A stretch of DNA of 64,000 nucleotides from Rhizodiscina lignyota (lineage: Eukaryota). Below are positions 46,960-59,742 of the stretch, one piece after another; position 1 is the first letter of the stretch; the number at the start of each line of letters is the position of its first letter. The notes beneath the pieces are model-generated. The model searched no databases, was not told where the DNA came from, and saw nothing but the letters and a program-made list of their open reading frames with translations. The DNA lies in contig ML978130.1 in NCBI GenBank assembly GCA_010015805.1, positions 744,001-808,000 on the forward strand. Direction: 5' to 3'. The position numbers were made by a program, and so were the translations under genes.

Positions 46960-48687
46960 ATGAGCATCCCATCAAGATGGGCTTTCAGGCTTTCCAGAAG
47001 CGTGCCACGAGGTGCTCGCTCTATAGCATCACCCCCGCGGCGAAGAGTTTCACCAAGCACCCCGAAAGCCGTCCCATCTCGACCTAATCCGCAAGCTTCG
47101 AGACTAGGCCAGCATGGCCAACATGGCAACCCTACAGATCCGCAGAGCGATAAAACGAGCGAGCAGAGCCCCTCAAGGTCTGCGCTGGTATCACAAGCTC
47201 TACGTGAAACCGCAGAGGACCCGCAAAATCGACTTCTCTCCCCGGTGAACATACCCGAAGATCCTCATGCCATCCTCAGAGAAACGCATCCGGCTGTTTC
47301 CATCCTAGCGAATTCGACGATAGTTGTGCAACGACAATTAGAGATGATGAATGTCTTTTTGGGTTTTGAACAAGCGAACAGATACATCATAATGGACCCG
47401 CTCGGAAATCATATTGGATATCTCGCGGAGCAAGAGCACGGGATGGGTAATATGATGGCGAGGCAGATGTTAAGGACACACAGGAGCTTCACAACACATG
47501 TTTTTGACAGGAATGAGACGGAAGTGTTGCGGTTTCATCGGCCACTCAGTTGGATCAGCTCTCGTATCAAGGTCTATGACGCCGTCGATGTAGATGGCAG
47601 CGGGCTAGAGTCTTCCTCGGCGCTTCAAGGCGTGAGTACTGGATCCATTAGCAACAATGCGTCTTCACACATCTCCTCATTGCCCATGAGTTCGATGCGC
47701 CTGATCGGCGAGGCGCAACAGCAGTGGGCTCCATTGAGAAGGAAGTACAACCTCTTCTTGCACCGTCCAGAATCAGCTTTGGACGCAGACCCATCCACGC
47801 CGCAGCTCACGTCAGGGGACCTTCCTCTTTCAAACTCAACGGCCCTCGAGCCAGCGTCATCTGACGCTTCAGCTGATCGCTCAGGAATTCTTGCGCAATT
47901 CGCGTATGTAAATGAGCCATTCCTCTCTTGGGATTTTACTCTCCTCTCCGCCGACAACGCCGTCGTTGGTTCTGTCAACAGGAACTTTGCCGGCTGGGGT
48001 CGCGAACTCTTCACTGACACCGGCGTATACGCTCTACGGATGGACTCTGAAAGTCTGGCGCAAGAACCGAAGCACCTTGTCTCCCACACTGCTCGAAAGA
48101 ACGAAAGCGGTGCGCTGGGTATGACTCTAGATCAGCGTGCCATTATGCTTGCTACTGCTGTGAGCATTGACTTTGACTACTTCAGCCGTCACAGCCATGC
48201 CGGAGCAGGTGGATTCATGCCTATCTGGATTGGCGGCGGAGAAGCGGCAGGTGAGGCAGGAGCCGCTGGTGGAGCTGCAGGAGGAGCTGCTGGTGCTGAA
48301 GCTGGAGCCGCCGGGGCTGGGGCAGTTGGTGAAGCTGGTGCTGCCGGAGCTGGTGCAGTTGGTCGAGCTGCAGGCGGCGCTGCGAAGGACTTGGGCGTAG
48401 GTGAAGGTGCTATCGCGGGCGCAGGTACAATGGCAGGCTATGAGGCTATGCAACGAGGAATGGGTAGACGAGGAAACGATGCAGATGATGCAAGTCCGGT
48501 CGCAGGTAATTCGTACGACCGCCAAGATCCTCAGACCCATGAACAGCAGCCAGGCCAAGGAGAAGAGGTTTGGGGTGAAGAGTTCCCTTGGAGTGGTGGC
48601 TCGCAAGGAGGAGACGGGGGTGGTAGTAGCTCCGGGGGAGGTGGTGGAGATGGGAGCTGGTTTGATTCCTTTTTTGGCGACAGTTGA
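46960..48687 (+). CDS. Phospholipid scramblase family protein (Aim25-like) with Gly/Ala-rich tail
   Basis: VVQRQLEMMNVFLGFEQANRY, QQQWAPLRRKYNLF, PFLSWDF, RELFTDTGVY, LDQRAIMLATAVSIDFDYFSRHS; Arg/Ser-rich presequence. Confidence 0.92.
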   Translation: MSIPSRWAFRLSRSVPRGARSIASPPRRRVSPSTPKAVPSRPNPQASRLGQHGQHGNPTDPQSDKTSEQSPSRSALVSQALRETAEDPQNRLLSPVNIPEDPHAILRETHPAVSILANSTIVVQRQLEMMNVFLGFEQANRYIIMDPLGNHIGYLAEQEHGMGNMMARQMLRTHRSFTTHVFDRNETEVLRFHRPLSWISSRIKVYDAVDVDGSGLESSSALQGVSTGSISNNASSHISSLPMSSMRLIGEAQQQWAPLRRKYNLFLHRPESALDADPSTPQLTSGDLPLSNSTALEPASSDASADRSGILAQFAYVNEPFLSWDFTLLSADNAVVGSVNRNFAGWGRELFTDTGVYALRMDSESLAQEPKHLVSHTARKNESGALGMTLDQRAIMLATAVSIDFDYFSRHSHAGAGGFMPIWIGGGEAAGEAGAAGGAAGGAAGAEAGAAGAGAVGEAGAAGAGAVGRAAGGAAKDLGVGEGAIAGAGTMAGYEAMQRGMGRRGNDADDASPVAGNSYDRQDPQTHEQQPGQGEEVWGEEFPWSGGSQGGDGGGSSSGGGGGDGSWFDSFFGDS

Positions 48688-49564
48688 AGCAGATTATATT
48701 GATACCCAAGTCTGCGGGATGTATTTCTAGACTGTACGATGTATGAATGTACGTCGTCAACAACGCCGGGAGTTTCTCGCCGCAACGGTTTTACAGCATC
48801 TTTGAATACTGACGGCGCTCTGAAATTCAACTCTACACAAACGCTTTCATTCATCTTCGCTTTTGGCTAAATATCGGTAAGGTAATAAAAAAACGCATCC
48901 AAGCTTGCTGTACTCCTCTACTGTCTCAATTTTAGCGATGGCCTTGCCAAATGATGAGAACGCTCGGCACGTCTCTTCCCGTTCATCAATTCCGCGCTAC
49001 TACGGACTACAAAGTACCACGATGGTGACAGAAAAGTCGCCCGCAGCTTTTAGGTTAGTAAACAACCAATAACGTATAACCTCTGCAACTAACAAGGCAT
49101 ATGAAGTTTTCAGAGTTATGCCATTCCTATATACATTCTGAAGAGTGTAGAACTACACTTACGGAGACAATTTCACTTTCCTCGAAGTCCAAAAGTCGCT
49201 CGCCCTTAAGCGCTACAACTTGCTCGAGGGCCAACTATTTTGTCATATTCCAGGCTATCCCACATTTAGCAAGTTTTGGCCTTCACCCGGCAGCTCAACA
49301 ATGACGTGCATCAATCTTAATTTTTCCCCTCAAATTCTTGAGCTACCCCGAGATGCTCGCGGAAAATTGAATATAGAGCAGCGCCATGATGTCCGCGATG
49401 CGGGGTTGAAGGTCATTTGCAGCACCTGCACATTCAAGGTCTGAAAGGCGGAGACGGTGAATAGTCCCACTCGAAAGGGTATATATAGTGTTGAAGAGAG
49501 TCTGAAGGACCAGGCATACACGGACCACAGAAGAGCGTAACTCAAGCAATTGTCTCGTATCAAA

Positions 49565-51197
49565 ATGATCACGTATATTCTCTTCACATTATTCCTGCTT
49601 TCGCGGGCTCTTGCATCTGGAGACCTCGCTGTTCGAGCATCAACCGGCATTTACGCCGGGCAGCTCAATTCCAACTTCTCCTCTGTCCGGGAGTTCCTGA
49701 ATGTCCCATATGGACTGTCCACTTCCGGATCTCGTCGATGGCTTCCTCCCAAAAAGGTCCCCTCGTCAAGTAAACATTATGACTCGACCAAGTTCCCCCC
49801 ATCCTGCTCGCAATACGTGTCCAGGATCAAGTCAGTATACAATCAAGTGGTCCCAGAATACCAGATCTACGATGGCTCCGAGAATACGACAGCAGGCCTC
49901 TTCGCCGAGACCACTTCTGAAGACTGCTTGAGCCTCGGTGTCTGGACGCCCGCGGACGCAACCAGCGCATCTTCACTCCCAGTAGCACTTTTTATGACTG
50001 GAGGTGGTTTCGTAACCGGAGGAGTCCAGATTCCATACCAGCTGCCCCAGCGCTGGGTGTCGCGTACTCAAGGCCATGTCGTGGTAACTATCAATTACCG
50101 ACTCAACATCATGGGATTCCCTAACGCCGCTGGCCTGGACAATCAGAACCTGGGTCTTCTCGATCAGCGACTAGCACTAGAATGGGTGAGAGATAATATC
50201 CGCTATTTCGGAGGTGATCCCTCAGCAATTACTCTTGTAAGAGATCCTGTGACCCAAAGAAACTGCACACTGTACTAATTTGCCCCGCACCATGTAGTGG
50301 GGTCAGAGCGCAGGGTCCGCTAGTACAGACTTCCAGAACTATGCGTTCTATCATGATCCGATTGCTCGAGCATTTTTTATGCAGTCGGGCACAGTCGTAA
50401 ACAGAACAAACAATTTGGATTATGACCACACCAACTTTACATTCGTGGCGAAGAAGCTGGGGTGCAATTTTCCAGAGGATGGTGAATCGGAGCTGAAGTG
50501 CATGCGGAAGGTTCCGGTGAGCCTGATCGAAAACTTTGTGGGCCAGTATCAAGACAACACTACACTTGTAACCCCGCACCAGCCAGCGATTGCTTTTACG
50601 CCCATTGCGGACGAGAAGGTCGTATTCGCAAATGTTTCTCAGCGGTATGCGGAAGGCAAAGTCTCGAAGGCTCCTGCCCTTATGTCAACTTGTGCCGATG
50701 AAGGTGCGAGTTTGTCGCCGTATCCTGGGACTCCTGGAAACTCGTTTACTGGCGTAAATCAGACTGCGGCCAACATTATTACCTTTGGTACAGTCTGCGG
50801 CGCTGCATGGAGCAGCACCCTCAGACATGCCGCTGGTTTGGTGTCATATCGCTACCAGTACGCGGGGAATTGGTCCAACGTTTCGCCACTCCCCTGGATG
50901 GGCCCATATCATGCGAGCGATCTGCCTATGATCTTTGGCGCGTACGATGTCGCTCGGGGTGGCGGGACAGAGTTGGAGCGTGAAACGAGTGCAACGATGG
51001 AAGACTATCTCCTTGCATTCTTGAAGGACCCGTACGACGGACCAAAGAAGATGGGATGGATCCCGTTCGATCCTACCGCGAGCAATGGTGGGACGATCTT
51101 GCGCTTTGGTGCGGATGGAAAGACGGTACAGAATGCAACAGGGCATGAGGTCCAGGATTGGTGCTATGGAAATGGCACTTATGATTTCAGCCCGTAG
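49565..51197 (+). CDS. Secreted type-B carboxylesterase
   Basis: Exons 49565-50236 and 50298-51197. Signal peptide, SEDCLSLGVW, GGGF, INYRL..GF, NLGLLDQRLALEWV, WGQSAG at the start of exon 2, YHASDL. Confidence 0.92.
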
Positions 51198-53161
51198 CCG
51201 TGCCGAAGGTATCTAAAGAGCAATTAGTCTGAAGGGTGGTAAGACAATGTCTCCATTCTGCTAGAGTGGACGAACGACTCATTGGGGGGAGAGTTGCGAA
51301 GGGCCGAACTTTGGGGCTTAATAATTCAAATGAAATAGTCTAGCCTTAGAAATCGAGTGCGAAGAGCTCGATCGCAAGCCACACTTCTAGAGCTCTCTCA
51401 GGACAAAGTAAAAATAAGGTGTTGACACAGGCACTTCGGATTCCCCGGAGCGGCTCAGACAAGATGTGGGAGCTCGAGCCTTGGAAAAGCCGGATGCAGG
51501 GGCGGAGGGCAGCAGGCTCCTAGTGGATAGGACCGGTATACACCAAGGCGGCAGCATGCATGTTAGATGATACGCCCGAGTCGTGCATATCGTGGAGTAA
51601 TGGGCGAAGGAATCATTCGCAGCGGCCAAGCTAAGTCGTCCGGCGTGGATGGCCCAAATGCGAAGAAATCCCGAGCTGAGGAGCAGGGCAGAGCTGAATC
51701 CTAGAAGAAGCAAGACGCGGCGAGAGCGGCTTAAGAAGAGGATCAAGGTACGCTGCACGTGCTGAGATTAGGTATCTAGCCCGGAAGATCCTTTCTCCAT
51801 TCACCGGGCCGGTGAGGCTGAGGCGCGACCTTTGTCGCTCTCGTCGCGTCGCGTCAGACACCTTTTGCTCGGAGCATATCATAAATTTGCCTTTCGCGCT
51901 AACTGTGCCTCCCTGGCTGGTATCGTCTGCTCGTTGTCGGGGCTGCCTGCTTCCGCATAGCTGAGAGCGACACTCTCTTAAGGATTTCCGGAGGCATCGC
52001 CGGCAGTCAGCGTCGAGGGATATTTCTCCGCCCCCAAATCACTCGAATTCGTCATGTCGGGCACCTTTTCGACCTAAACCCTGCTCTATTTCGCGCCGTC
52101 TCCACTTTCGCCATTCGCCTTTTGCCCTCTAAGGCTGAGGCAGTAGATCGGGGCGCTTTAGCCTGTCGGATGCATCCCAGGGTGCGCCGTTTCAACGACT
52201 ACCGCAATCGTCGACCACACAGGCACGGAAGCCAGCGCATCTCCAAAGGGCACCCGGAGCAGTCGGGATGAATCACCTGGATCGCCTCCTTTTTCTGGCC
52301 GATGATGACTTCTGGACATGCGTTGGCCCCCTTCTTAATGAACTCTGCTCAAAATGTCAACATCGTCGTGGGTGTGGCTTCCTGCGGGTGAACGCCCATC
52401 GGCCAATCAGAGTGCGCGCTTCCGACCCATAGGGTTCAGCTGTTGTCTCGCTTTGAGGCCGTCCCTTTTCCACAGTCAGCCTGATCAGCCTTCCGCTGTC
52501 GACATGCTGCCCAGCGGAAGGTACCATCAACGGCGTATGCAGGAGGTCGATGAGAGCAATTACGCTTCCCTTGGGATATCCAACCATGCCTAGCTGAGAC
52601 CGCGTCCGTGGGTCGAGTCTGTTGACTGCCTTACCATTTCTTGGGTAGCGCTCCGGGATCTATCGCGTGCAGGACAGGGCATATAGAGAGATGATGTACT
52701 TTCATTGGCTCTGCCGCTGAAATACAAAGGTAAATGGCTCCTTGAGCCTCGCCGGTCCGCGTGGGATAGAACCTTCTGTCTGCCTTCTACGCTCCGAGCC
52801 GTCGCAACGACTGCCACTGGAGGCCCCCTGATAAGGTATGCAGCAACCCGATAGCTTGGATCCCCGCCGTAGGCGTGGAGCGATTTTCACACCTTACGCA
52901 CGGGGATGGCGTTCATAAATGTTTCCTATTCCTCTAGTAACTCTTTTTTGCCACTTTTGCTAAAGCATCTTCCATCTTGTCGCGTTTTTGTCCGACGAGC
53001 TTGCTATTGAGGCACAGCCATGCTGGATGCGGTCAATTGCATTCCGTCGTCACTCTTTTAATTCGAGCAGAGCTCAACCGATCGAGACTTTCTGATACTG
53101 TATTAGTCCTACGCGTATAATTGATGCATTCGCCTTCAGTCGATTTTCTGCTTCGCCCAGC

Positions 53162-54988
53162 ATGGCGCACAGAAGGGGCCGTACGCCACCCTCGCTAAAT
53201 TCACCTGCGGACGTGCACCCGGAAGACTTTGAGAAGCTCGTGGAGATCCATCAAAGATACTCTGAAGAAGTCGTCCAGCGCGCCTCAGTCCGCGCAATAC
53301 CAGAAGCACGCAGAAGATCGCGTCAGTCGCACCTCTCAACAGCTGATCTCCTTTTTTGCACTGACTTTGTTGCAGAGATATCGGACTTTTCGTTCCCGGC
53401 GACAAGCCGCAGCCCCTCGCGCCTGGAGTTTCATCGGGCGTCGGTGGCTTCGAGTCCACAACTTCATTTTTCAGACAACCACCGGTTTTCTGCAGCTTCA
53501 ACTAGCTCGTCCTACAGTCACACTTCTACGGCGGGCGATTCTGGGCAAAGTGGAATCTTCCTGGCGCCGCCCTCTATTAGCGGAAGGCTGAGGACGCAGT
53601 CAAGCGATGCAACGGTTGAGGCGATTCCTGCTAGTGTGGACCCATCTAATCGACCGCCTACTTCTATTCATGTGCCGGAAGCCCAGTCAGAGCGTCCACG
53701 CATGCAGAGGAGGCAGGACACGATTAAAAATTACGTGTGTACTTACTGTAACAAGGACTTTGGTGGCAAATCAGACTGGAAGCGACACGAGACGACATTC
53801 CACGAGCCACAGTACACCTGGCAGTGTCCTGTGTGTAACAGAAGTTTCAATTCCAAACGCAAATTCTCGACTCATCACACACGCGATCACGACTGCCCGG
53901 AAGACTGCGAGCATCAGACGGAAGCACAGAAGAGTCTACCCGCTAAGAGAGCATACGGATGCGGATTCCAGTCTTGCAACCAAGTTCTGTACTCATGGGA
54001 CGAACGCTGCAATCATGTCGCGAAGCACTTTGAGGACGGCGAGCTCAAGGACAACTGGAATTACTCAATGGTGATCAAGAATTTGTTGCGACAAGACAAA
54101 TTGGCAGACTCATGGCGGAGATTCTTGACCGATTACTACGGTCCGAGGGAACTCTGGCCGCAGCTCGCGTGGAGGCAAGTGGATACTAGGGAGCTGAAGG
54201 AGCGCTTGGAGTTTGGCACGTTTGGAGATGTCGCTGAAATACTGCAAGAAGCCCACCAACTAGCTGTTGGAAACAACCAAAGTAGGCCAGAATTGCCTCG
54301 ATCCATGAGTGATCCTCTTCCGGGAAGCGCGGATGCAATAACTGTCAATCCCTTCAGCGAAAACGTCACTCTTGAGCATCAGAGTCGAATGGATCAGATG
54401 GGAGTCGGCGGCGCGACTGTATCCCCAGAACACCCAGCAGCACTTGCAGCTGAGATGTATCCCGGAGCAACTCTTGCAGATGCCTCGAACTACGCACAGT
54501 ATTACCAGACGGTGACACCACCTGGAGAGGTTGGGTCACTTGCCGCTCACTCTTACCACTCGTTACCGCAAGCCAACCAGCCCCCAGTGTATCAGCAAAT
54601 GCAATACACTGAGCAGGTGGGATTCCAGACGCCCTATCAAATGGCACATCCTGTCCCATTTCCACCTGTTCCCAGCAACAATATTCTCGCATCCGATGCC
54701 TTCTACTCCCCACGACCAATAATGCAAACTCATCGACCTTCACTCCCTCCACAACCTCAAAGCGCGCCTCCCGTTCCGCCTACACCCCCTCATACTTCTC
54801 AATATGAGCGTTCGCGCTCACGATCTACGCGACAGTCTCTCGGCAAACGAATGTTCGGTTTATCGAGCCGGAAGTCGAGCGACATTCACGCTCAGCGAGC
54901 GCAATCTGAGCAACCTTCTCAGAGCCCCATCGACGAGATCGAGTCGGGCTATTTACCTGGGGCATACCACCCAGACAGCTTTTTTTGA
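53162..54988 (+). CDS. C2H2 zinc-finger transcription factor-like protein
   Basis: YVCTYCNKDFGGKSDWKRHETTFH, WQCPVCNRSF...HHTRDH, YGCGF..C....WDERCNHVAKH; Pro/Gln-rich C-terminus. Confidence 0.88.
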   Translation: MAHRRGRTPPSLNSPADVHPEDFEKLVEIHQRYSEEVVQRASVRAIPEARRRSRQSHLSTADLLFCTDFVAEISDFSFPATSRSPSRLEFHRASVASSPQLHFSDNHRFSAASTSSSYSHTSTAGDSGQSGIFLAPPSISGRLRTQSSDATVEAIPASVDPSNRPPTSIHVPEAQSERPRMQRRQDTIKNYVCTYCNKDFGGKSDWKRHETTFHEPQYTWQCPVCNRSFNSKRKFSTHHTRDHDCPEDCEHQTEAQKSLPAKRAYGCGFQSCNQVLYSWDERCNHVAKHFEDGELKDNWNYSMVIKNLLRQDKLADSWRRFLTDYYGPRELWPQLAWRQVDTRELKERLEFGTFGDVAEILQEAHQLAVGNNQSRPELPRSMSDPLPGSADAITVNPFSENVTLEHQSRMDQMGVGGATVSPEHPAALAAEMYPGATLADASNYAQYYQTVTPPGEVGSLAAHSYHSLPQANQPPVYQQMQYTEQVGFQTPYQMAHPVPFPPVPSNNILASDAFYSPRPIMQTHRPSLPPQPQSAPPVPPTPPHTSQYERSRSRSTRQSLGKRMFGLSSRKSSDIHAQRAQSEQPSQSPIDEIESGYLPGAYHPDSFF

Positions 54989-55510
54989 ATACCCACTGGC
55001 ATGGCATGACGTTACGGCGCGATGCCTAGACTTTACGGCAGACTTCATTTCTCCCCTGGCATGAGCAACGACTTGACGCTGCTCGGAGGATCTTCTTAAT
55101 AAATACCCTTGGGCACTGCAGGCACAGTGCAGTGTGTTTGGCGCCTCGTGCCAACGCTTCCAAAAGCTTTTGAAATTTCAATGTGCATGCGATTGTTAGA
55201 GACTCTAAAGGTATCTTCGATAGCATTTATTGCGCGGCTGTAAAATTAATGTTCTCAATGTACGATTAACATAAGAGTAGTGAAAAAATGCGAGATAAGG
55301 CACTGCTGTCAGTGCCTCGTACGAGTCTTGGACGATGATTTGACATTTTTGAACAGAGAGACAGTGTCAACAAATGAGTTCTGCGGCTGATCCTACGAAC
55401 TCAGTGCAATTTAGACTTCGCAATTTCACTACAAAGGCCCTGAATGCGAAATTTCCAAAATTCATGGGGGCCATTTTCAGCTTTCCCCCTGAAAATAATC
55501 CGCATATCGC

Positions 55511-56754
55511 TTAGAAAACTTCTAGGTCCTTCGCTTCCCCATACGCGTTGTAGCACACACCTCTCAATGTCCACTGCCCTTCCTGTGGCTGAACATTTCC
55601 ACGGCTATCTGTGGCTTTGCTCCATATCCTCCGTCCTCTTCCTGGCTGGACAACGACATGGGCCTCCCATAGACACCACGCCCACTTTAATCGTTCGCCA
55701 CCTTCTCCCTCCATCTTATCCATTCCTCCCCAGCTCAACTTCGCATCAACCCACGTCTCTCCTTCGTCTCCGCTAACTTCTACGCGAACAACAGGTCCGT
55801 CTTCACCCTTCGGCAGCGCATAGCCTCTCACCTCGACTTTACTGTCAGCGTCGAGCTCGACCTTTTCTCCCGATGACGGCACAGCAATAATCGAGTTCAC
55901 GGGCATGTCTTCAATCGGTGGCGTGGAATGCCAGAACTTCTGCGCCGACTCGCGGTCCACAGCTTCTGGTGGCAGCACTTTGTAGTCGTGCACTTGATAA
56001 AAATTCGAGCTCTGACTCGTCGAGACGGTAATACGGTCCAGCCACTTTACACTTCTGGCACCCGCAACTCCAGGAACCACAGTGCGGATGGGATAGCCAT
56101 GTTCAGGTGTCAGTGGTTCGCCATTCATCTCGAGGGCGAGAATGACGTCCGCCTCTGGACGCATGGCACGAGCGAGCGGTATAGACGAGCCGTACCAGTT
56201 GTCTTCCTGCGTTTCGGTCGCATAGCATGCGAGCTGGACATGTGCTGCGTCAGGGTTTGTCTTCCAGTCTAGGTCGGGTGGGAGCTTGATTTTGGCATGG
56301 TTGAGAATATCGCACAGCCTTGGACCACGCCAGACGGCATTGAAGACGGCGCCATCGGACCAGTCTATACCTTGGACTTCTTTGATCTCAGTTCGCATAG
56401 TGTGTCGTCTGTTGCCGGCGCACTGCAGTGCGGCTATGACAGTATGAGATTTGAACTTTTCCTGCAGTTCCTTAACTGTAATGATAATCGGGGTCTCGAC
56501 AGCACCATCGACCTGAACGGTATGCGTTTCGCCATCAAGATGCGGTATTGGTCCATGATTGCGATCATAGAAGTTCCCTTTTGGCGTGATGAAGTTCTTG
56601 ATTAATTCTGCGATATCTGGCTCGCAGTTGAGTGGTTCTTCGACAGAGTGCTCCGTCTATACAAGGTTATCCAATGGGAGCATTTGATGACGAGCTAAAC
56701 TGCATGGGGAATTTGATTAGGCATCTTACGCACCTCTACGACCTTTGACGGCAT
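55511..56754 (-). CDS. Sulfite oxidase-like molybdopterin oxidoreductase (no heme b5 domain)
   Basis: Exons 56754-56734 and 56656-55511. PLNCEP, YDRNHGPIP, LQCAGNRR, MNGEPLTPEHGYPIR, GARSVKWL and dimerisation domain. Confidence 0.92.
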
Positions 56755-57046
56755 GCTCGGAGGTTTGGAATACTATTGCAGATGTAAATGCGCTTTCAAT
56801 GCGTCGTGGAGATGAAAGCGACCCTGATTGAGTTGTTGATGACGGTTGGCTGCGAGATGACGTCGCCACGAACATTATTGCCATACAGGCTCCAATTTGG
56901 AATGTTTATTCCGCAAGTTCGTTTAGAAATAAAAAATCCCTCAGGAGATATGAATACCTCAGCCAGTGAGAGTGGTCCATTGCCACTTAGTGATTGACCT
57001 AAAGTATTTGGAAGGTCTTCCTTCTGTCCAAGTTTGTCCAAACCCA

Positions 57047-57916
57047 TCATAGTTTCGAAGCGTTTGCTTTCCTTTCCCATTCTGCTACTCGCTGGGATCT
57101 CCGCTCCTCTTCCTGTTCTTTGATCTCATCAAGCTTAGTTCTCCGAGCTGCTATACCCGTAGGATCTCTTAGGAGGCTGAGCGTTTCACGATATGTGTCC
57201 TCTCTCATTTGACCCCATGCACCACGGCCGGCTTGAGCCTTGGCCACCAGCTTCCTCTCTTGCACAAACTTAATAGCATCTTCTAACCCTCCAAGGCCAT
57301 CCACGAGCCCTTCCTTGAGGGCCTCCGGGCCGGGGAAACGCTTGCCTTCCAGAACAGTGCTGCGATAAGTCGTTGACAATGGGATCTTCGCCTGAAACAT
57401 TGAGAGCACTGTTGGCGGGATCGCGATGCCGATGTCAATTTCATTGAGACAGCAAAAGCCACGGGATGGGTTCATGATACGGTAGTCGTGGAATATGGAG
57501 ATGAAGAATCCACCAGCAAAAGTGTGGCCGTTCATTAATGCAACAGTCGGCATAGGATAGCTGGTCCAGTATTAGTAACGTCAACCGACGAACCAGATGA
57601 AAGCATACGTTAACAATCTATCGAAGATCTTGACCATCTTGTTCTCGAAGAAATTAGGAGTGCTGCGCGAGTGCTCGAGATCCAGGCCATTGGAGTAGAA
57701 TTTCTGAATGCCGCTTGTGGTGACGACGACACCCCTGGGATATTTCTCTTCGATTATATCTAACGAGAGCAGAAAGGTATCAACAAAAGCGCTAGTGAGT
57801 CTATTGTCAGGTGGGGATGTGAAGGTAATGAGGTATATGCGATCTGCTGGAGATGTGCATCTGAAACTTCCGCTCGTATTTGGGATTGGCACTGTGAAAA
57901 GATGCCTCGAAGACAT
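57047..57916 (-). CDS. Enoyl-CoA hydratase/isomerase family (delta3,delta2-enoyl-CoA isomerase-like), peroxisomal
   Basis: Exons 57916-57609 and 57560-57047. PPDNRL, KFYSNGLDL, PTVALMNGHTFAGG, HDYRIMN..RGF.CLNE; C-terminal SKL (PTS1). Confidence 0.9.
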
Positions 57917-58334
57917 GGTATACTGTCAACTGCTGCGCTGAGATAGAATTATTTGATGGATATTTTAGTAGCTGTTTCCCGAATTAAGAATTGATGCTGG
58001 CTTGTTCTATGATGCTAGGATATGAGGTTGATGCAAAATTATGCCGAGGCAAGCCACCATGCCCTTCGAACCTCGTATGATTACTCTTCTTCCGTCGACT
58101 TCCTCGCAATACGGCGACTTTTCTAATTACAATTCTAATTTTCTTTGCATACCTAGGGGATAGATGCAGAATCTAGTATAGGGAGAATCATGCGAGAAGA
58201 ACATAAATCTATTTTGGTGGACCAAAAATCGGTCCGGGAAATGTGGCTCCGGAACTCCAGCGTAGGTTAGAGCAACTCTATGTACTGGAATAGATCCTTA
58301 GCATAGTTTTCCTTGCATGGCAAATATTCAGAAC

Positions 58335-59450
58335 CTACCGTTGTAAGTCTATAACCAACTTGCCACTTGCACCTGCATGGTAGTCTTGCACCAGCTCGTT
58401 CAGCTTCTCCAGTGGATAAGTTTTGACCTTTGCTCGCACACCGTTCTTGCCTGCGAACTGAAGCATGGCCCTCAACTGATGATTCCTGCCTACAAGTACG
58501 CCCTTGATGGTAATGTGACGGAATACCAAGTCTCGAGGCTGCATCAGAAAGCCGTCCTTCGGAAAGCTGACGGTCACACAAATGCCGTGACTCTTTACTA
58601 GTTGCATCCCGTAATCGAACGCTTGCTGTGCTTCTGGGAGAATCAACACGGCATCTACACCTTTCTCTCCTGCGAGATCTGGTTCTGGCTTGCCGAAGAT
58701 GGCTACTCGGGCGTCTTCAGCGCTCTGCTTTCGGGCATCCACGACGGTGACTTTCGATCCCAGATCACCAAGATCTCGCACAATCTCCTCGAGGAGCGCA
58801 AGAGCTTTGTCTCCAGCATCTACCGCAACAACATCGCATCCGAGTTTCACAGCAAATTGAACACCCAGATGCCCAAGACCTCCACCAGCACCAGAAATCG
58901 CCACGCTCTTCCCTTTCCCGCCACCAACTTCCATCTTTACCCCAGCAGTCGCCAAAGCGTTCCAGATAGTCAGCCCGGCGCACATCAACGGTGCTGTATT
59001 GATTGCATCTAGTTCGTCCGGCATAGGCGCAACCTGTCTCGAGTCCGCAACGGCAAACTCCTCGAAGCCACCGTTTCGTGTCAATCCGAGATTCCCAGCC
59101 TTGCTGCACCAGACACCGTATCCATGCGGATCGTCGTCGTTGTGGGTACACTCGTAGCACGATCCACATGGATGGAATGCGCGGCCTGGTACACCTACTC
59201 GCGCGCCCACGCTCAAATTAAGAGAAGACGGAACGTCGGGCCCCAAAGCGACAATGGTTCCAGCAAATTCGTGCGAGCCAACTCGAGGAAGATCTTGCCA
59301 CATGGCGCCAGATGCAAACACAGCATCGGTATGACAGTAGCTCGCGGCGCCTACGCTGACGAGAATATCATGGCCCTGAGGTTCTGCCGGTTTCGGAATA
59401 TCCTTGAGCTTGTAGGGAGTATTAAAGGCTTCAAGAACTTGCGCCCGCAT
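58335..59450 (-). CDS. Zn-dependent medium-chain alcohol dehydrogenase
   Basis: Start MRAQVL at 59450. CHTD, SHEFAG, CGSCYEC...C structural Zn, APLMCAGLT, SGAGGGLGHLGVQFA. Confidence 0.93.
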   Translation of the reverse strand: MRAQVLEAFNTPYKLKDIPKPAEPQGHDILVSVGAASYCHTDAVFASGAMWQDLPRVGSHEFAGTIVALGPDVPSSLNLSVGARVGVPGRAFHPCGSCYECTHNDDDPHGYGVWCSKAGNLGLTRNGGFEEFAVADSRQVAPMPDELDAINTAPLMCAGLTIWNALATAGVKMEVGGGKGKSVAISGAGGGLGHLGVQFAVKLGCDVVAVDAGDKALALLEEIVRDLGDLGSKVTVVDARKQSAEDARVAIFGKPEPDLAGEKGVDAVLILPEAQQAFDYGMQLVKSHGICVTVSFPKDGFLMQPRDLVFRHITIKGVLVGRNHQLRAMLQFAGKNGVRAKVKTYPLEKLNELVQDYHAGASGKLVIDLQR

Positions 59451-59722
59451 CTTGGTTGACTGTAGTCGTTTGGAATTGAGAAAACTCAGTGACCTCGAAT
59501 AATGAAAAAAGCGATAGGAGATAGAGCTGCTGCGAGCGGCAGACAGCAATGTCTTATTTAACAAAATTTTGCCTGGTGATAATGCGACAACTTTTTCCAA
59601 GGGTTTCTGGTTTTAATCCGAGAAGTGCTAATCGATCTGCAAATGATATCACCTGTGTCTAGTGTATAGCAGAGAACACCCTCTCAGAGTGAGGCCAGGC
59701 TTCAGAGAGGGCCGAGATGCAG

Positions 59723-59742
59723 CTTCTCCAATTTGGAGAAGG
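59723..59742. promoter_or_regulatory. Palindromic element CTTCTCCAA-T-TTGGAGAAG upstream of the ADH (copy 1)
   Basis: Perfect 9-bp inverted arms around a central T; 18 bp (59725-59742) identical to 62288-62305. Confidence 0.7.

Noticed and set aside
25793..51762. Additional CACGTG hexamers (about 25793, 27603, 36967, 39612, 51756)
   Set aside because: About 15 are expected by chance in 64 kb, and there is no phosphate-related context.
51200..53160. Long GC-rich leader region upstream of the C2H2 gene with short ORFs (e.g. 52504-52593)
   Set aside because: Plausible long 5' UTR with uORFs, but it cannot be distinguished from promoter sequence without transcript data.
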